A DNA stretch of 64,000 bases, taken from the NCBI RefSeq assembly GCF_902459465.1, contig NC_047082.1, positions 4,154,001-4,218,000 of the forward strand, read 5' to 3'. The position numbers and the translations under genes were made by a program. Shown here piece after piece: positions 1-11,344 of the stretch; position 1 is the stretch's first letter; each line of letters begins with the position of its first letter. A model generated the notes under the pieces. That model saw nothing but the letters and a program-made list of their open reading frames with translations, was not told where the DNA came from and did not search any database. The DNA is from Asterias rubens (lineage: Eukaryota).

Positions 1-1316
1 TTGTCAACTGATACAAAGTTGTTTATGCGAGTTGTGACGCTCAAGAACACATTCCCTGCTAAGCTGTTAAATATGCTTAGCGTAAGCACAATTCCCTGAT
101 TATACGTAAGCGCTGCGATTCTTTCCTTTAAAAGCCATTGGAACAGGACCAAACTAATAGCCTTTTAAACACAAAAAGCTGCTAAACGCCGTGTCATGGC
201 ATGTGTTTAAAATAAATCCGTAATTCTCGACAACGAGAATTGATAATATTGTTTTAATGTTTTCTCGAAAAGTGAAGCATTTCATGGAATAATATTTCAA
301 GAGAAGTCTTTCACCATTACCTTCTGTAAACCCTGAAAGTTATTTGTAAATATGTGATTTTTTTCTTCTTTTTTCTGTGCCGAAAGTGTATAATGGCTTT
401 AGTTGATGCACTCAAATTAAGTCTCACCGAAGCGACATGATTTTGCTGCTAGTTTGAGTTTTCTTGTTCATTTACGTGCAACGAATTTCAACTTCTTTGC
501 ATTCAAATTAAAGATGAGTTATGGCTTCACAAGTTAACTGGGAATTATAGCTCATTTACTAGCACATACATGTAGTCCTCCTTTGTAAGAGGTGTTTCCA
601 TGTACTGTACATTATAATTTTACAATTTGCACCATTTTTTGTTCTTCATTGAAATAACTGTTCCTTTTGCATTGTTTCCCTAAAAGTTAAAGCCTGTATC
701 CAACTAAATATTTTGCTTTAGCCTTGAGATTGTGTTGTTGTCTCTGTTTCTGAATGTCCTGAACATGTCAAATTAGAAGTTTTAACTTTTAGTTTTGAAT
801 GTTTCGAATTTGTTTATAGGCAGCAACGAATGAGTATAAGCACATAACATAGAATTTGAATTTGAATGCAAACAATGCATTTGGAAAATGTTTGCCCATT
901 AATGAAATTGAATGGTTGACCAGCTCTTGCTGCTGGCTTTAACGAAATTGAATGAGTCTTGCAGCCTGATGAAGTTTAATGCTTTTATTTGACCAGTGAA
1001 TGCTTAACTTTTGAAATCGAATAACTAGTTTTGACTTTTGAATGTTGATTCAAAGTGCATTCATGATCAAAACGAAAATGAATGAGTCAATGGATTTTTG
1101 TTGAAATTGACCGAAAAAAACTATATTAGAAAGTTTGGGTCTGCACAATGTTTTTCTCCTTTATATTCCTTATTTGGCCATTAAACAATTACAAACACAA
1201 GCATACAGTATGTAAAATAAATAATATAAATACACAAGTGAATACTAAGCAGGACAAACAGTAAGGGCACAAGAAATACAACCCTAATGTGATGGCCATG
1301 ATCAAGAAAAGTGTAT

Positions 1317-1822
1317 TCATAAATACTCCATACAGTTTTGCTATTCCTATTGGTGAAGAGCGCGTCACGTGGGTGTGTATAAACCCTTGTTAATGACCAG
1401 TAAAAAGTGTTGAAACATGGGCATGACACGCGAGCTCGCACCTGTGCTTATATAGTACAGTTTCTTCATTCCTATTGGTCAAGAGCAACGGCCGGGACAG
1501 TTGTGCCACATCGACGCGCATAGCATTCCCTTATAAGGAGTTGTTTAACCGAGGGCGGCGGAGGGCTTTACCATTTCATAGCTGGAGGGGTGTCGTGTTG
1601 AAAGAAATCATCGAACAATTATAAGTGTTCATGTTTTTTTACCAAAAAGGTATTTATGAATGGGAATCAAAGTGTGTTGAATCGGTTTTCAAATAGTGGT
1701 TTAAACCCGCCGAGGCCTGGTTCTTGGTAATTTTGTCTCGGTAAAATGATTAAGTACCAGGCCTCGTTGGGTTTTTACCACTGGTTGAAAACCTCTTCAC
1801 CACACATTGATTTCCTTAATTA
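1317..1822 (+). mobile_element. Palindrome-ended repeat family D (inverted copy about 40355-40899; terminal fragment about 36413-36495)
   Basis: Direct similarity between copies, an internal inverted repeat ttcataaatac/gtatttatgaa, and a terminal hairpin. Confidence 0.85.
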
Positions 1823-1980
1823 AACACTGGAGCTCGAAAGCCTGTTAATCCAGGCACTTAGGGAGGCACACACACACTATTATATAAAATACTCTCTTAG
1901 GCAATTTTTTATTATTTTTTTTAAGTAAAAATAAATAGAAACTAGACATAATTGCATATGTGCACAAATGCATAGATGTT

Positions 1981-2780
1981 TTTTTAATAACAATTTAAAT
2001 TTTTCAACTGAATTTGTAATTTATTTGTTTATTTTTTCATAGCAGTTATGACCAATCCGGGCTAATTAAAACAATAATTAGGATTATACCATGTTCAGAT
2101 AGCAATTGATGTGTTAAAGGCGCAAAAATGGAAAAAATCTTTAAGAAAGACCATGTGATGACGTCATCATTACGTCATTTTACAGTTAACGAGAACTTGC
2201 CAATATCAAACAATGCACGAATTGTCAACATAATCGCGTCATTACTTTGAGAGTTACACGACTTCAAAAAGTGCACCTTTAATGTCGCGTCACGTGACCC
2301 CCGATGACGTCATTTAAAGTGATTACAACAAATTTCACCACAGACAACTACAAAAAGTAAATTTTGAAGAGTTTTCAACCTGCCGCTAGAGGGCGCTGTT
2401 GCAATTTGTGACGTCATCAATATTTTGTTTGAACTGTCCACCCTTGCTAGACACTTACGTCCTGGAAAGCAACTTCATAACTTTTACCACTTTTGAGTTA
2501 CAGGGCACTTACGTTTTTGGCCCGTTTCGACCGGAAGTAGATGTCATGTTAGGTCAACCACACGAAAAAAAAATGAAGACCTAATTTACCCATACCCAAT
2601 CCCGCAAACAGAAACCTACGGTCCGTTTTGGCTGATTTGATATAGATTTTCAAACATTTAACATAAAACACAATTAAGAAGACGTTATGTGACCGGTGAT
2701 GACGTCATCATGACATCATTGCCTTATGATCATTATTGCACCATAACCTTCGATCCCTGAAAGTTTCATTGCAATTGCTC
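1981..2780 (+). repeat. About 800-bp TGACGTCA-rich repeat, second copy about 4410-5187
   Basis: Direct alignment of the two copies; probably a transposon fragment, family unknown. Confidence 0.9.
2381..2400 (+). promoter_or_regulatory. CTCF-like motif TGCCGCTAGAGGGCGCTGTT (identical at 4799-4818 and 36889-36908)
   Basis: Matches the CTCF core consensus CCGCTAGAGGGCGC; binding is not shown. Confidence 0.55.
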
Positions 2781-3603
2781 TTTAGGACCTATGCAAAATT
2801 TCGGCATTGGGAAATAGGTCCCTCTTCTGGTCACTCAAAGTCCATCGAGGGAATAGACGTACACTAGTTGCCTCATTGCCAGTCAATATGTGTATATTGG
2901 TAACTCCCTGGAGTACTATTCCCCGGGAATTTGCACGGTCGTTTCATGAAAAACGTTTTAGCCCGGGGTTAACTTCCTACCCCTGAGCAGGGTTATTTTT
3001 TTCCAGGAAAACGCTATATTCCGGGCAACTCTCGGGAAGTGAAAAGATAGGCCAAAAGTTCCCGGGAATTTCCCAGGAAATACCTTTAGTGTGAAAAGGG
3101 GCTTGGTAGTGAAACAGTTTATTAGCCCGCCTTCGAACCAAATACACAAGCTGCGGCAGCCTCTGGTAAAAATCGATATTGTATCATTAGTGCTGTCATA
3201 ACAACTCAAACGACTGGAACAGTGAGTTATTTACACTGCCGGGTCTATTTTTAACAAAACATCAACAATTATTTGGGGAAATTTCATCAGTGCTACCGAA
3301 TAGACTTCTGACGATATTAAAAATGTCAGTTCAAGATCGCTTGCTGCTTCCGGTGGTTGAATGGATGACCCAGTAAAAGGGAGTGAGAACATGTTGATGT
3401 TAATAGAGTAGTGGACAAAAGGCATGACATGTTGGAAGGACAGGCGCAGCGCGAGTGGGAATAACGTCAACATTGTGCAAAGTAGTTAATTAAGAGTGAA
3501 CGGACACCAGTCGCAAGAATAATGTAGAAGGAGAGGCTCGCATCTTACCCTATTTTTTTGAAGAAAACAAAAAAATATATATTATTGTTTGTACTTGTTT
3601 TAT

Positions 3604-3642
3604 GCCTCTGAAGAAGGTCCGGATTGGATCGAAAGCTAAGGC
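3604..3642 (+). ncRNA. Minimal type I hammerhead ribozyme motif, copy 1
   Basis: GCCT-CTGAAGA-A-GGTCC(ggatt)GGATC-GAA-AGCT-A-AGGC. This gives stem I GCCT/AGGC, the conserved CUGANGA and GAAA boxes, stem II, a palindromic AGCT in place of stem III, and a CUA cleavage triplet ending at 3638. Confidence 0.8.
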
Positions 3643-3768
3643 CATCTACCCTATTCATTATCCCTTCGGGGTGATCCCCTTGATTTGCTTGTATTTTGTT
3701 TTTAATTGTCATAACCATATCCATTTTATCTTTTCCCACTTATATGTAATTGTTTGTACTTGTTTTGT

Positions 3769-3807
3769 GCCTCTGAAGAAGGTCCGGATTGGATCGAAAG
3801 CTAAGGC
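3769..3807 (+). ncRNA. Minimal type I hammerhead ribozyme motif, copy 2
   Basis: Identical 39-nt motif 165 nt downstream of copy 1; predicted cleavage after 3803. Confidence 0.8.
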
Positions 3808-3909
3808 CATCTACCCTATTCATTATATATGTAATTATATATAAATAAATTATTAAGATGTGTGCCGCTTTACAGATAATCCAGAAATGCTAAATAGCCA
3901 GAAAGTATC

Positions 3910-4278
3910 TTAAAGGCAGTGGCCACTATTGGCATTTACTTAAAATAATGTTTCGCATAAAACCTTCGGAGCTGTTGATAGCATAACACATTGTGAGAAA
4001 CGACTCCCTCTGAAATAACGTTGTTTTCGAGAAAGAAGTAATTTTCCACGAATTTGATTTTGAGACCTCAGAATATTATTTTAGGTCTCAAAATCAAGCA
4101 TCTACCGCACACAACTTCGAGTGACAATGGTGTTTTTTCGTTCATTATTATCTTATTATCTCGCAACTTCGACAACCAATTGAGTTAAAATTGTCACTCT
4201 TAGTTTATGCATATGTTAATATACACCAATTGAGATGACTGGTCTTTGACAATTACCATAAGTGTACAGTGTCTTTAA
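3910..4278. mobile_element. Kolobok-like MITE family A copy
   Basis: TTAA|AGGCAGTGG...CAGTGTCT|TTAA; about 370 bp with the family internal sequence. Confidence 0.85.
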
Positions 4279-5187
4279 GCCGCAATCGTTTGTAATCTTT
4301 TTATCAGCTTTTGGTGGTATTTGATCATGGGTAATATTGTGCTATAGGTCCATTTCCATATTACCTATATTTGATTTCTGTTTTCTGTTGTGTGCATTTG
4401 AAATAACATTTTAAATAACATTTATAATTTTTCAACTGAATTTGTAATTTATTTATATATTTTTTTTTTCACAGCAGTTATGACCAATCCGGGCTAATTA
4501 AAAAAATAATTTGGATTATACCATGTTCAGATAGCAATTGATGTGTTAAGGCGCACAAAGGGAAAAACCATGTGATGACGTCATCATTACGTCATTTTAC
4601 AATTCACAAGAACTTGCCAATATCAAACAATCCACGAAGTTTCAACATAATCGCGTCATTACTTCGAGAGTTATACGACTTCAAAAAAGTGCACCTTTAA
4701 TGTCGCGTCACGTGACCCCCGATGACGTCATTTAAAGTGATTTCAGCAAATTTCACCACAGACATCTACAAAAAGTAAATTTTGAAGAGTTTTCAACCTG
4801 CCGCTAGAGGGCGCTGTTGCAATTTATGACGTCACCAATGTTTTGTTTGAACTGCCCACCCTTGCTAGACACTTACGTCCTGGAAAGCTACTTCATAACT
4901 TTTACCACTTTTGATTTCACAGGGCACTTACGTTTTTGGCCCGTTTCGACCGGAAGTAGATGCCATGTTAGGTCAACCACACGAACAAAATATGAAGACC
5001 TAATTTTCCCCTACCCAATCCTGCAAACAGAAACCTACGGTCCCTTTTGGCTGATTTTCAAACATTTAACATAAACACCTTTAAGATGACGTCATGTGAC
5101 CGGTGATGACGTCATCATGACATCATTGCCTTAGGATCAATATTGCACCATAACCCTCGATCCCTGAAAGTTTCATTGCAATTACTC

Positions 5188-6711
5188 GGTCCATTTAGGG
5201 CCGGTTCGGCAACCATCACACGATTGTCAAACGGATTAATGTCCATTGTGTTGGGCTTATAGCTTTGACTGTTGTATAGTAGACTATGAATATGAATTTC
5301 AAAACTAAAATGTTCAAACGCTTTATTTTATGCGCTGTGTTTTTTCATTTACAAAATACTTGTCAAAAGATACCACACATACTTTTTTTATCGTGAAAAA
5401 CGATGAAGTATAACCTGACATTCTACTTTTACCTCTTTATGTCATGTATTTGCTGGTTGGCTTTGCCTAGCGCTGGAAACGTCAATGTATCTCACATGGG
5501 TACATCATGTACATGTATACATGCATTTGAGCGTTCGAGACGAACTCAGTTTGTGGTTGATTGTGACCAACTAAGAATGTTTCCCAACTAATGTGTTTGT
5601 TTTTAATAAACGTATGACCAGGTTGTTGAATTTGGGTGTGATCTGCAAATAGGACGGTTATAAGTACGTCCTCGTCTGAAGGTTTATTTGTGAATACTTT
5701 TACATTTAAACATACTGTTAGCATTGGAGAAGAAATACCTTTGCATTAATAAAAAGACTGCAATAAAAAATATCGAATGTATGTGTGTGCAATTGTTTGT
5801 TTTATGATTAAGTGGAATAAATGAACTGATCTTATTATCAGAACATTTGTTTATACCCGTCCCGTTTTAACGTTTAAGTTGACATCGAGTAAAGATAAAG
5901 CCCCTCTATGTTTAACGTTCATCAGACAATCTCGTGCTTTAATATAAATAAGTTTCATGGAAAAGTGTAAATGAATTTGGAGTCCGTCTTGTGATTTGGG
6001 GAAAATCTGAAACATAAATATTACAAATCTGTGAAATTATAAATGAATAGTTTAATAACTTTTTATTACAAAGACACATCATGTTAAATCTCTTTTTTGA
6101 TGTGTGTGGCTCTGAAAAGAAAAAAAATAAGATTATATAGTCTAGATAATGTGACCAAAAGTTCGTCAATACAAACGAAATGAGGAATTTTCATTTCCCC
6201 CAATTTTCACAGCGGATCGCGGTAGGAAATCGTTCACCGCGATCCGTTAACCATCTTATTAATTGGAACAGCCTTGTTAAATATTTGTATGATTTCCGTT
6301 CGGTCCTACCTCTCAAAATCAAGAATCCCGAATTTTGTCGACTTGAATTACATAACAAGATGTTCAATGCCGTGTTTTGCCCCCCAAAACCTATTCATTC
6401 ATGATGCTAAGAAAAGCTACTACCTGGGCGTACACGCACCCACCCATTGTTACCAGTACTCCTGGCCGTGGAGGATTAGTCGTGATTAACGAGGGATTAG
6501 CGGTGGAAGTGTCAGTGACAGCCTGGTTTTGGCGAACTCCTTCGTTAGTTGTAAACCACAGTCAAGTACCAACTCTTTTGTGTTTCACCTAAGTAAGTCT
6601 TTCTATAATCTCTGGAAACGATTGCGTGCCGAAACTCAACCGACTGACCCTCTGTAAAGTAATCGTTTGCGGCAATCGTGTGATGGTTGCCGAACCGGCC
6701 CTAAATGGACC
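5188..6711. mobile_element. About 1.5-kb non-autonomous TIR element
   Basis: 40-bp perfect inverted termini cggtccatttagggccggttcggcaaccatcacacgattg ... caatcgtgtgatggttgccgaaccggccctaaatggaccg. No TSD and no transposase ORF. Confidence 0.85.
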
Positions 6712-7549
6712 GCGCGCATAACATACCATGTCTAAGTTACTTAGCACAACTAGAGTTTGCACAATGTAAAATGGAATTTTAACTGGTGACCATTTTTTGG
6801 GTATTCTGGCATGGTTTTCTTTAAGGGCAATTCCATGGTCAGTCGCATTGCACTTTTCTGTGTAATTTCTTGATCTTAGTGCTAGTAGTTCTGTGTGAGA
6901 TATTCTTTCCACTAAGTTTATATACTGACTTGTACTTGATATCAAAGGCTTTGAATTGAGGATATAAGAAATGTTGTGGGGGTGTCCTCTGAACTTAATA
7001 ACGTTTAGTTGTAAAAAGAGGTCAGTCACATTACAAAAAAGGACATGGTAAAAATACACTGTCAAAATTCAAAAGTTTCCTCTAACTTAAAAACTTGCGA
7101 AAGTTTTACTACATGTAACACACAACTCTTATACGTGAGTATCCAACAGGATACTTATAAATGGTCAGCAACTTTAACTTTTAGGTATACATGGCAAAAC
7201 CACGCTCAGTCGCTTTACGGTCAGTCCAGTTTTCCAGTCAGTTTAGCCAAACCTCATGAAGCCCAAGCTTTTTATTCCGCAAAATTGGGTTAATTTCCTC
7301 GTCAACAACTAAAAATAAATTGGTTTCATATGTTTGTTATAAATTCTAAGTGGAAAGAAAGCTGTGACAGTTTTTGTTTGCTTTGATTTGCCCATAAGCT
7401 TTAGCAGCTCATTTAAATTGGGATCTGACCAGTTATGTTATTCACATGACGTGGTACTCCAGCAAGCATCCTGACCCTACCTTTAAGTACTATCCAGCTC
7501 CAAACATTTTATGTAAAGAGACTACTTGTTTCTGATTGACTTGTTCCAG

Positions 7550-7719
7550 GTACCTGGGTGTGTTTTGGTGAAGGTACTATTGACGTGCAGGACGAGAGAT
7601 GGAAGGATGGTCAGCCAAATAGTAACGGCAATGAGGATTGTGCTTTTGGGGAAGATTCAGGCTGGTTCGATTATAAATGTGACCGTTCCGTTAAATTAAT
7701 CTGTCAGCGCCCTGCGTAA
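7550..7719 (+). pseudogene. Orphan C-type lectin terminal exon (unit A); exon 1 absent from the window
   Basis: Intact acceptor and open frame TWVCFGEGTIDVQDERWKDGQPNSNGNEDCAFGEDSGWFDYKCDRSVKLICQRPA*. Homology to the unit B intron starts at about 6714, right after a TIR element. No matching exon 1 is seen upstream. It could be functional if exon 1 lies left of the window. Confidence 0.65.
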
Positions 7720-8046
7720 ACCAACACAATATGAAAGGTTGCTCAATAATCTGAGCTAACTACTTCTTATAAGGATTAAAGGGGTAGGTGATTAACTGCT
7801 CATTCGCTTTGTGATAATCCTTTTTTTTTTACACCAAGCCACTATTTACTTTTAATATTGGGCTCATTAGTAAGAAGACAAATTAATGTTGCATGCATGG
7901 AGTCATCCATCTTGATAGTTTAATCGAACTATATAAAACTAAATTTATCTGTCACAGCCTCTCTCTGTCTCTATCTCAACTGAGAATGGATAAACACTTG
8001 CATGTAAATCGTTTACTATAACAATTATTTCTGGTTATAATATCAC

Positions 8047-8428
8047 TTAAAGACCTGGACACTCTTGGTAATTGTCAAAGACTAGTCTTCTCACTTGGTG
8101 TATCCCAACATAAGCATAAAATAACAAACCTGTGAAAACTTGAGCTAAATTGGTCATCGAAGTTGCGAGAAAATTAAGAAAGAAAAAACACCCTTGTTGG
8201 ACAAATTTGTGTGCTTTCAGATATATAGGAATAAAATACTTCTGGCTAGAAGTCCTTTATTATTTTAGTGAATAATTACCTCTTTCTCAAAATTTATGCT
8301 GCTTCGAAGGGAGCCGTTTCTCACAATGTTTTATACATTCAACACTGCTATCCAATGCTCGTTACAAAGTCAATTTTTAAGTAAACATTTTGTTTTGAGT
8401 AATTACCAAACGTGTACCTGTCCTTTAG
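8047..8428. mobile_element. Kolobok-like MITE family A copy (empty site present in unit B)
   Basis: TTAA...TTAG flanks; the paralogous site near 13920 has a single TTAA and no insert. Confidence 0.9.
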
Positions 8429-10609
8429 TTAATATTATTGTTCACACAGTGCCCGCAACAACTAACACGCAGAAATAAAGTTCATTCTCATTATTTTGGT
8501 AATAATATAGTTTCATGATTGTGTGAAACAACTAATATAACGTCAATGTTTCGAAAATGTTTCACCAAAAATGCATTTGTGTTAGTACATGCTCAGCACT
8601 GACACCATAGTGACGTCACCGTTAATGTCAGCCCTCTTATAATCAAGTTTTCAGTATAAAACATGACCCTATTTTTATGTTCCTGTAACAGAGAAGCAAT
8701 ATATATTTGTTAAAGATATTAAAGTCGTTTTTGGAACCTTACAATTCTTTCTATGTAAAGAATTTGCAAATTGTTCTACAATCTTGTAAGGAAACTCTTT
8801 AGTGAGGCTGTCATCTTTAAAAAACTGATTATTGCAAACAAGTTTTCATAGCTTTAAAAAATGGTAAATTAGCTTCAGGATAAATAGTATTCATTTTATT
8901 GTTTGAGAGTTATTCGCAAAGTGCAATTTTAAATATTGTTTTTGGCATTGTTATTGTATCAGTATATGTAGTAGTAACCGGTTTACTGTTTAATTTAATT
9001 TAATTATTAACATTCACTAAGTTGGAAAACTGAAGCATTATTAACTTTAAAAACTTATCAGGCAAAACACTACTTCACGCTAACTATAGGGTAAGTCTTA
9101 GAGGTAAGTCTTAGAAAAATCCCCTTTTTGGTCCCAAAACAGAACTAACATAATATATTCATGTAGAATGATCAGGCAGATACCCAACATAAGAAAACAA
9201 ATCACTAAAATCAAAGATTATTTCAGTGTTGTAGAGAATAAAACGTTGGGTCAGGAACTCCTCAAATTTGTGTCGAACGATTTCGCGTTGTAACTAAACT
9301 GCTTCTTTGATTCATTATGAACTAAAAACACTTAAATTGTAAGTTTAGATACTCTAGATGTTTTTCAAATAATTATGTGAACTTCGTTGAATTATATGTG
9401 AAATTTGAATCTTAACACATGAATTTTGGTATCCGTCAAGACAATAGTATCCGTCAGATTAACACATAAGCAAACAATAATTGATGTGAACGATATAAAT
9501 AGTATTGATGATGTTTATTTTTTGAAATACTTGCCCAGCACTGAAAGCTCGAAATAAATTACTGCACAAAAAGCCATGTTTTACTCAGCCTCTCAAAATT
9601 ACAATGCGTTAAACTCTTATACCAACTCGACCTCTAGAAATTAACCTAACCAAACCCCACCCTTCAATTAACCCCTAACCAACCCCGACCTAGACTTGAC
9701 CTCTGGCTTTATCGTCTGCACATGAATCTAGGTGAAAGGTGAAGATGGACGAGGATTAACCATGAGACCTTTCTTTTGTTGATAAACAAACCGCCTTGGT
9801 TGGCATGGTCGGCCGAATGTTAGTACAACACTCAATCGTAAAAACTGATGTTTCAACAAATTTCAACATTTACTGCAAATTTTCAATTAAATAAAATACC
9901 TCTCGATATAAGTTGCTTTATTTTAAACAAAATCAACAAATTTTGTTACATTGTTACCAAAATAGCGATCTATTCTTGATTTGCACTTATGGCTTTCTAT
10001 AGTTTTGGCAAAAACTCGGGCTGTGACGTTGCAAAAGAAAGGTCTATACTCTGTATGGCGTTATTCACGAGAGGCTCGAAGTGTGACGTCAGATGTTCAG
10101 GCTAGCCCCGACCCTTCAAAATATTAACCCGAATGGAAATGAACCAAAGGAGGTGGAGTCAAAAGAGGGCGCTACCAGTTCATTTATGCACTTATTTAGG
10201 CACGTAAACACCATGCACAGGGTCCAATTTCATAGATCCACTTAAAAAAGATCTACTCTTTGATTTTGCAGCATTGGCCGCCATCTTTGATGAAACGTGC
10301 ACGCGTGCAATGCTATCATTGGCTGAGAGTTGTGCGCAGCGCGTACACGCGCCATGCATTTTTCAAAGATGGCGGGGTCAATGACGTCATGTGAAATCTT
10401 TCTATATCAACAGTTGAGGATACCGGTATGTGTACTTCAAGGTTTCCTTAAGTAAGATGACGCCATGCACTTACGTCAATCCAGCCGCCAAAGATCTTTG
10501 AAGTAAACTTTAATGAAATTATGGAATTTCCAAACAGGGCTGGCAAAATAATTTTAATTAATGAGCAATCTCCTTATGATCTCAGAGTAGATTATTCAGT
10601 GCTTATCGT

Positions 10610-10973
10610 TTAAAGGCAGTGGACACTATTGGTTATTACAGAAAATAATTATTAGCATAAAAATTACTTGGCAACAACCAATCGAGAGCTGTTGATAGCT
10701 CAAAACATTGTGAGAAACGGCTCCCTCTGAAGTGACGTAGCTATTGAGAATGATGTAATTTCTCATTCATTTTACATTAGGCCTGAACCTTTTATTGGCG
10801 TTTTGACAGTACACAAATTTGTGCAACAGGGTGTTTTTCTTTCAATTTTCTCTTGCAACTTCAATATGAACAAATGAGTCAATAACGCTCACAAATTTGA
10901 TGCATAGTTGTGATACACCAAGTGAAAATACTGTACTTGTATTTTACATTTAAAAGCTGTCCGGTGCCTTTAA
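10610..10973. mobile_element. Kolobok-like MITE family A copy
   Basis: TTAA flanks, family TIR and body. Confidence 0.85.
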
Positions 10974-11344
10974 GCGATTTACTACGTTTACTAAGCCTTG
11001 CTGTGTACTACTTTTTTTTATTTTTTTTTTATTTTTTTATTTAACGACACGTTTCCAAACTTTCCTTGGCAGAGCTTCAAGGTTGGTAATTTTTTCTTGG
11101 TCGGTTTTTCTACGTGACTTCTACCGGAAGGCAATCGATCATAAAATTGTAGAATAGTTGTTTACGTTACTTGTTGCTTTTGTTGCCAATACCAATATTC
11201 AGTGAGTGCGAGAAGGGTTTCTTTCAAAGCTAACCGACCGTGCTCCTAGACTTCAAGGTTTCTTCGATTAAAATATTGACGCTATGCAGTGACGTCAATA
11301 CAGACGCCATCTTATATCGGGCAGCAATTTCAATTTGTCAAGAG

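Larger units (their letters stand above)
6714..9480 (+). repeat. Segmental duplication, paralogous to about 12610-14880
   Basis: Near-identical intron and 3' flank of lectin units A and B; unit A carries an extra MITE at 8047-8428. Confidence 0.95.

Noticed and set aside
3230-3560. Possible Penelope RT/GIY-YIG remnant upstream of the hammerheads
   Set aside because: No recognisable motif in any frame by eye; a translated profile search would be needed.
6589-7065. 158-aa minus-strand ORF and its partner at 12650-12832
   Set aside because: Spans lectin intron and a TIR end; the paralogous copy is frameshifted.
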